From the human T2T-CHM13v2.0 reference genome, Homo sapiens: 64,000 nucleotides of DNA. Of this stretch, positions 56,601 to 64,000 are shown piece by piece. The position numbers and the translations under genes are program-made. Below the pieces are notes generated by a model. The model had not been told where the DNA came from. It searched no databases and worked only from the letters and a program-made list of their open reading frames with translations. Location: assembly GCF_009914755.1 (NCBI RefSeq), contig NC_060939.1, one strand, 5' to 3'. Position 1 is the first letter of the stretch. Every line of letters starts with the position of its first letter.

Positions 56601-59600
56601 TCCATGCGATTCCATTCGAAATCGAATCAATTACATTGCAATCCATTACTATTGAGTCCGTTTTATTCCAGTCCACTGCATTCTGGTCCATTCCATTTGA
56701 TTCCATTCCATTCTATTCCATTCCATACAGTTGCATTCCATTGGATTCCATGCTATATCTATAAATTCAATTCGAGACCATTGCTTTTGAGTCCATTCTA
56801 TATGATTCCATTCCATTCAAATCCATTACATTTGGTTCAATTCCATTCCATTCCATTCCCTTCCATTCCATTCCATTTGATATCAATCCATTCGATTCCA
56901 TTCCATTCGAGCACATTCCATTCGAGTCCATTCCATTCGATGCCATTCCATTTGATTCTATTCCATTAGTCTCCATTCAATTCCATTAATCTCCATTCCA
57001 TTCCATTCTATTCCAACTGATTCCATTCCACTCTATTCCTTTCCATTCCATTTCATTCCATTCCATTCCATTTCATTCCATTCCATTCCATTCGTGTCCA
57101 TTCCACTCCAGTCCATTCCATTCGTGTCCATTCCATTCCAGTCCATTCCATTTGTGTCCACTGCATTCCATTCCACTCCATTCCATATTATTCCATTACA
57201 CTCCATTCCATTCTATTACTTTCATTTCCATTCAATTCCATTCCATTTGATTCCATTCCACTCGGTTTCATTCCATTTGAGTCCACTCCATTCCATTCCA
57301 TTCCATTCCATTCAGTTCCATTCCATTCTGTTCCATTCCATTCCGTTCCATTACATTCCATTCCATTCGGTACCATTCCATATTGTTCCATTCGATTCCA
57401 TTCGAATCCATTCCATTCCAGTCCATTCCATTCGATTCCATTCCATTCATTTCAATTCCATTCCATTCCATTCCATTCCATTCCACTTGATTCCTCTCCA
57501 TTCCCTTCCACTGCATTCCGTTCGATTCCATTCCATTGCATTGCATTCCATTCCATTGGATTGCATTCCATTCGATTCCATTCCATTCGAATCAATTACA
57601 TAGCAATCCATTACATTCGAGTCTATTCTCTTCCGTTCCATTCGATTTCGTTCCAATCCATTGGATTCCATTCCATTCGATTCCATTCCATACTATTGCA
57701 TTCCATTCGATTACATTATATTCGAATAAGTTCCATTCAAGACCATTTCTTTTGAGTCCATTCTATTTGAGTCCATTCCCTTTGATTCCATAACATTTGA
57801 GTCCATTCAATTCCATTCCTTTCGTTTCCATTCCATTTGATGCCATTCCATTCAATTCTGTTCTACTCGACTCCAATACACTCAATTCCATTCCATCCGA
57901 TTCCATTACATTCTTTTCATTTCTTATCCATTTCAAGCCATTCCACTCCATTCCATTCCACTCGTTTCCTTTCCATTCGAGTCCATTCCTCTCCAGTCCA
58001 TTCCGTTCAATCCATTCCATTCCAGTCCATTCCATTCGAGTCCGTTCCATTCCAGTCCATTCCATTCGAGTCAATTCCATCCCATTCGATGTCTTTCCAT
58101 AACGATCCATTCCATTCTATTCCTTTCGATTCCATTCCATTCTATTTCATTCCATTCGATTCCCTTCCATTGGACTCCTTTCCATTCGAGTGCATTCCAT
58201 TCCGTTCCATTTCTTTCCGTTCTGTACGATTCCTACCGTTCGATTTCATTTTGTTCCAGTCCATTCCTTTCGCGTCCATTCCATTCCATTTCACTCCATT
58301 CGATTCCATTCCACTCGATTCCACTTCGTTCCATTTCATTGCATTCCATTCTATTCAACTCTATTGCCTTCCATTCCATTCCATTCGATTACATTCCATG
58401 CGATTCCATTCGAAATCGAATCAATTACATTGCAATCCATTACTATTGAGTCCGTTTTATTCCAGTCCACTGCATTCTGGTCCATTCCATTTGATTCCAT
58501 TCCATTCTATTCCATTCCATACAGTTGCATTCCATTGGATTCCATGCTATATCTATAAATTCAATTCGAGACCATTGCTTTTGAGTCCATTCTATATGAT
58601 TCCATTCCATTCAAATCCATTACTTTTGGTTCAATTCCATTCCATTCCATTCCCTTCCATTCCATTCCATTTGATATCAATCCATTCGATTCCATTCCAT
58701 TCGAGCACATTCCATTCGAGTCCATTCCATTCGATGCCATTCCATTTGATTCTATTCCATTAGTCTCCATTCAATTCCATTAATCTCCATTCCATTCCAT
58801 TCTATTCCAACTGATTCCATTCCACTCTATTCCTTTCCATTCCATTTCATTCCATTCCATTCCATTTCATTCCATTCCATTCCATTCGTGTCCATTCCAC
58901 TCCAGTCCATTCCATTCGTGTCCATTCCATTCCAGTCCATTCCATTTGTGTCCACTGCATTCCATTCCACTCCATTCCATATTATTCCTTTACACTCCAT
59001 TCCATTCTATCACTTTCATTTCCATTCAATTCCATTCCATTTGATTCCATTCCACTCGGTTTCATTCCATTTGAGTCCACTCCATTCCATTCCATTGCAT
59101 TCCATTCAGTTCCATTCCATTCTGTTCCATTCCATTCCGTTCCATTACATTCCATTCCATTCGGTACCATTCCATATTGTTCCATTCGATTCCATTCGAA
59201 TCCATTCCATTCCAGTCCATTCCATTCGATTCCATTCCATTCATTTCAATTCCATTCCATTCCATTCCATTACATTCCACTTGATTCCTCTCCATTCCCT
59301 TCCACTGCATTCCGTTCGATTCCATTCCATTGCATTGCATTCCATTCCATTGGATTGCATTCCATTCGATTCCATTCCATTCGAATCAATTACATAGCAA
59401 TCCATTACATTCGAGTCTATTCTCTTCCGTTCCATTCGATTTCGTTCCAATCCATTGGATTCCATTCCATTCGATTCCATTCCATACTATTGCATTCCAT
59501 TCGATTACATTATATTCGAATAAGTTCCATTCAAGACCATTTCTTTTGAGTCCATTCTATTTGAGTCCATTCCCTTTGATTCCATAACATTTGAGTCCAT

Positions 59601-62600
59601 TCAATTCCATTCCTTTCGTTTCCATTCCATTTGATGCCATTCCATTCAATTCTGTTCTACTCGACTCCAATACACTCAATTCCATTCCATCCGATTCCAT
59701 TACATTCTTTTCATTTCTTATCCATTTCAAGCCATTCCACTCCATTCCATTCCACTCGTTTCCTTTCCATTCGAGTCCATTCCTCTCCAGTCCATTCCGT
59801 TCAATCCATTCCATTCCAGTCCATTCCATTCGAGTCCGTTCCATTCCAGTCCATTCCATTCGAGTCAATTCCATCCCATTCGATGTCTTTCCATAACGAT
59901 CCATTCCATTCTATTCCTTTCGATTCCATTCCATTCTATTTCATTCCATTCGATTCCCTTCCATTGGACTCCTTTCCATTCGAGTGCATTCCATTCCTTT
60001 CCATTTCTTTCCATTCTGTACGATTCCTACCGTTCGATTTCATTTTGTTCCAGTCCATTCCTTTCGCGTCCATTCCATTCCATTTCACTCCATTCGATTC
60101 CATTCCACTCGATTCCACTTCGTTCCATTTCATTGCATTCCATTCTATTCAACTCTATTGCCTTCCATTCCATTCCATTCGATTACATTCCATGCGATTC
60201 CATTCGAAATCGAATCAATTACATTGCAATCCATTACTATTGAGTCCGTTTTATTCCAGTCCACTGCATTCTGGTCCATTCCATTTGATTCCATTCCATT
60301 CTATTCCATTCCATACAGTTGCATTCCATTGGATTCCATGCTATATCTATAAATTCAATTCGAGACCATTGCTTTTGAGTCCATTCTATATGATTCCATT
60401 CCATTCAAGTCCATTACATTTGGTTCAATTCCATTCCATTCCATTCCCTTCCATTCCATTCCATTTGATATCAATCCATTCGATTCCATTCCATTCGAGC
60501 ACATTCCATTCGAGTCCATTCCATTCGATGCCATTCCATTTGATTCTATTCCATTAGTCTCCATTCAATTCCATTAATCTCCATTCCATTCCATTCTACT
60601 CCAACTGATTCCATTCCATTCTATTCCTTTCCATTCCATTTCATTCCATTCCATTCCATTTCATTCCATTCCATTCCATTCGTGTCCATTCCACTCCAGT
60701 CCATTCCATTCGTGTCCATTCCATTCCAGTCCATTCCATTTGTGTCCACTGCATTCCATTCCACTCCATTCCATATTATTCCATTACACTCCATTCCATT
60801 CTATCACTTTCATTTCCATTCAATTCCATTCCATTTGATTCCATTCCACTCGGTTTCATTCCATTTGAGTCCACTCCATTCCATTCCATTGCATTCCATT
60901 CAGTTCCATTCCATTCTGTTCCATTCCATTCCGTTCCATTACATTCCATTCCATTCGGTACCATTCCATATTGTTCCATTCGATTCCATTCGAATCCATT
61001 CCATTCCAGTCCATTCCATTCGATTCCATTCCATTCATTTCAATTCCATTCCATTCCATTCCATTACATTCCACTTGATTCCTCTCCATTCCCTTCCACT
61101 GCATTCCGTTCGATTCCATTCCATTGCATTGCATTCCATTCCATTGGATTGCATTCCATTCGATTCCATTCCATTCGAATCAATTACATAGCAATCCATT
61201 ACATTCGAGTCTATTCTCTTCCGTTCCATTCGATTTCGTTCCAATCCATTCGATTCCATTCCATTCGATTCCATTCCATACTATTGCATTCCATTCGATT
61301 ACATTATATTCGAATAAGTTCCATTCAAGACCATTTCTTTTGAGTCCATTCTATTTGAGTCCATTCCCTTTGATTCCATAACATTTGAGTCCATTCAATT
61401 CCATTCCTTTCGTTTCCATTCCATTTGATGCCATTCCATTCAATTCTGTTCTACTCGACTCCAATACACTCAATTCCATTCCATCCGATTCCATTACATT
61501 CTTTTCATTTCTTATCCATTTCAAGCCATTCCACTCCATTCCATTCCACTCGTTTCCTTTCCATTCGAGTCCATTCCTCTCCAGTCCATTCCGTTCAATC
61601 CATTCCATTCCAGTCCATTCCATTCGAGTCCGTTCCATTCCAGTCCATTCCATTCGAGTCAATTCCATTCCATTCGATGTCTTTCCATAACGATCCATTC
61701 CATTCTATTCCTTTCGATTCCATTCCATTCTATTTCATTCCATTCGATTCCCTTCCATTGGACTCCTTTCCATTCGAGTGCATTCCATTCCTTTCCATTT
61801 CTTTCCGTTCTGTACGATTCCTACCGTTCGATTTCATTTTGTTCCAGTCCATTCCTTTCGCGTCCATTCCATTCCATTTCACTCCATTCGATTCCATTCC
61901 ACTCGATTCCACTTCGTTCCATTTCATTGCATTCCATTCTATTCAACTCTATTGCCTTCCATTCCATTCCATTCGATTACATTCCATGCGATTCCATTCG
62001 AAATCGAATCAATTACATTGCAATCCATTACTATTGAGTCCGTTTTATTCCAGTCCACTGCATTCTGGTCCATTCCATTTGATTCCATTCCATTCTATTC
62101 CATTCCATACAGTTGCATTCCATTGGATTCCATGCTATATCTATAAATTCAATTCGAGACCATTGCTTTTGAGTCCATTCTATATGATTCCATTCCATTC
62201 AAGTCCATTACATTTGGTTCAATTCCATTCCATTCCATTCCCTTCCATTCCATTCCATTTGATATCAATCCATTCGATTCCATTCCATTCGAGCACATTC
62301 CATTCGAGTCCATTCCATTCGATGCCATTCCATTTGATTCTATTCCATTAGTCTCCATTCAATTCCATTAATCTCCATTCCATTCCATTCTACTCCAACT
62401 GATTCCATTCCATTCTATTCCTTTCCATTCCATTTCATTCCATTCCATTCCATTTCATTCCATTCCATTCCATTCGTGTCCATTCCACTCCAGTCCATTC
62501 CATTCGTGTCCATTCCATTCCAGTCCATTCCATTTGTGTCCACTGCATTCCATTCCACTCCATTCCATATTATTCCATTACACTCCATTCCATTCTATCT

Positions 62601-64000
62601 CTTTCATTTCCATTCAATTCCATTCCATTTGATTCCATTCCACTCGGTTTCATTCCATTTGAGTCCACTCCATTCCATTCCATTGCATTCCATTCAGTTC
62701 CATTCCATTCTGTTCCATTCCATTCCGTTCCATTACATTCCATTCCATTCGGTACCATTCCATATTGTTCCATTCGATTCCATTCGAATCCATTCCATTC
62801 CAGTCCATTCCATTCGATTCCATTCCATTCATTTCAATTCCATTCCATTCCATTCCATTACATTCCACTTGATTCCTCTCCATTCCCTTCCACTGCATTC
62901 TGTTCGATTCCATTCCATTGCATTGAATTCCATTCCATTGGATTGCATTCCATTCGATTCCATTCCATTCGAATCAATTACATAGCAATCCATTACATTC
63001 GAGTCTATTCTATTCCGTTCCATTCGATTTCGTTCCAATCCATTCGATTCCATTCCATTCGATTCCATTCCATACTATTGCATTCCATTCGATTACATTA
63101 TATTCGAATAAGTTCCATTCAAGACCATTTCTTTTGAGTCCATTCTATTTGAGTCCATTCCCTTTGATTCCATAACATTTGAGTCCATTCAATTCCATTC
63201 CTTTCGTTTCCATTCCATTTGATGCCATTCCATTCAATTCTGTTCTACTCGACTCCAATACACTCAATTCCATTCCATCCGATTCCATTACATTCTTTTC
63301 ATTTCTCATCCATTTCAAGCCATTCCACTCCATTCCATTCCACTCGTTTCCTTTCCATTCGAGTCCATTCCTCTCCAGTCCATTCCGTTCAATCCATTCC
63401 ATTCCAGTCCATTCCATTCGAGTCCGTTCCATTCCAGTCCATTCCATTCGAGTCAATTCCATTCCATTCGATGTCTTTCCATAAAGATCCATTCCATTCT
63501 ATTCCTTTCGATTCCATTCCATTCTATTTCATTCCATTCGATTCCCTTCCATTGGACTCCTCTCCATTCGAGTGCATTCCATTCCTTTCCATTTCTTTCC
63601 GTTCTGTACGATTCCTACCGTTCGATTTCATTTTGTTCCAGTCCATTCCTTTCGCGTCCATTCCATTCCATTTCACTCCATTCGATTCCATTCCACTCGA
63701 TTCCACTTCGTTCCATTTCATTGCATTCCATTCTATTCAACTCTATTGCCTTCCATTCCATTCCATTCGATTACATTCCATGCGATTCCATTCGAAATCG
63801 AATCAATTACATTGCAATCCATTACTATTGAGTCCGTTTTATTCCAGTCCACTGCATTCTGGTCCATTCCATTTGATTCCATTCCATTCTATTCCATTCC
63901 ATACAGTTGCATTCCATTGGATTCCATGCTATATCTATAAATTCAATTCGAGACCATTGCTTTTGAGTCCATTCTGTATGATTCCATTCCATTCAAGTCC

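Larger units (their letters stand above)
1..64000 (+). repeat. Human satellite III (HSat3)-type array of diverged CATTC/GAATG pentamers, single orientation
   Basis: CATTC/ATTCC pentamers with substituted variants (ATTCG, ATTTG, AGTCC, ATTGC) run from base 1 to 64000. The pyrimidine-rich strand is always +. It lacks the frequent GATGAT-type variants typical of HSat2. Confidence 0.97.
1..64000 (+). repeat. D15Z1: Probable D15Z1 (1.8-kb KpnI satellite III family, chromosome 15 short-arm heterochromatin)
   Basis: A satellite III unit of about 1.8 kb cut once by KpnI matches the established description of D15Z1. Assigned from unit length and restriction pattern only; no alignment was run. Confidence 0.75.

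Noticed and set aside
1-64000. CRISPR-like or other prokaryotic repeat system
   Set aside because: No unique spacers, no cas or other genes; the units are near-identical throughout.
1-64000. Assignment to DYZ1 (Yq) or HSat2
   Set aside because: The basic period is 1,794 bp rather than about 3.5 kb, and the 3,588-bp pattern is only a local SNP alternation. HSat2-type GATGAT variants are not characteristic here.
1-64000. Inserted transposon, inversion or foreign sequence
   Set aside because: Landmark spacing accounts for every base to within 15 bp per unit, and strand polarity never switches.

Overview
The whole 64 kb window is one uninterrupted block of classical human satellite III-type DNA: diverged (CATTC)n on the + strand, with no inversion, unique sequence or recognisable transposon. 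The pentamers form a 1,794-bp tandem unit (about 35.7 copies) that carries a single KpnI site, fitting the 1.8-kb KpnI satellite III family D15Z1 of chromosome 15p (inferred, not confirmed by a search). All ORFs in the track are translation artefacts of the pentamer; I found no genes and no new protein-coding system. The real hidden structure is in the unit variants. Shared SNPs and 5/15-bp indels show nested multi-unit duplications (2, 7/8 and 15/16 units), a distinct sub-block of 1,789-1,809-bp units at about 21.2-28.5 kb, chimeric junction units, and an indel hotspot at an internal 30-bp repeat.
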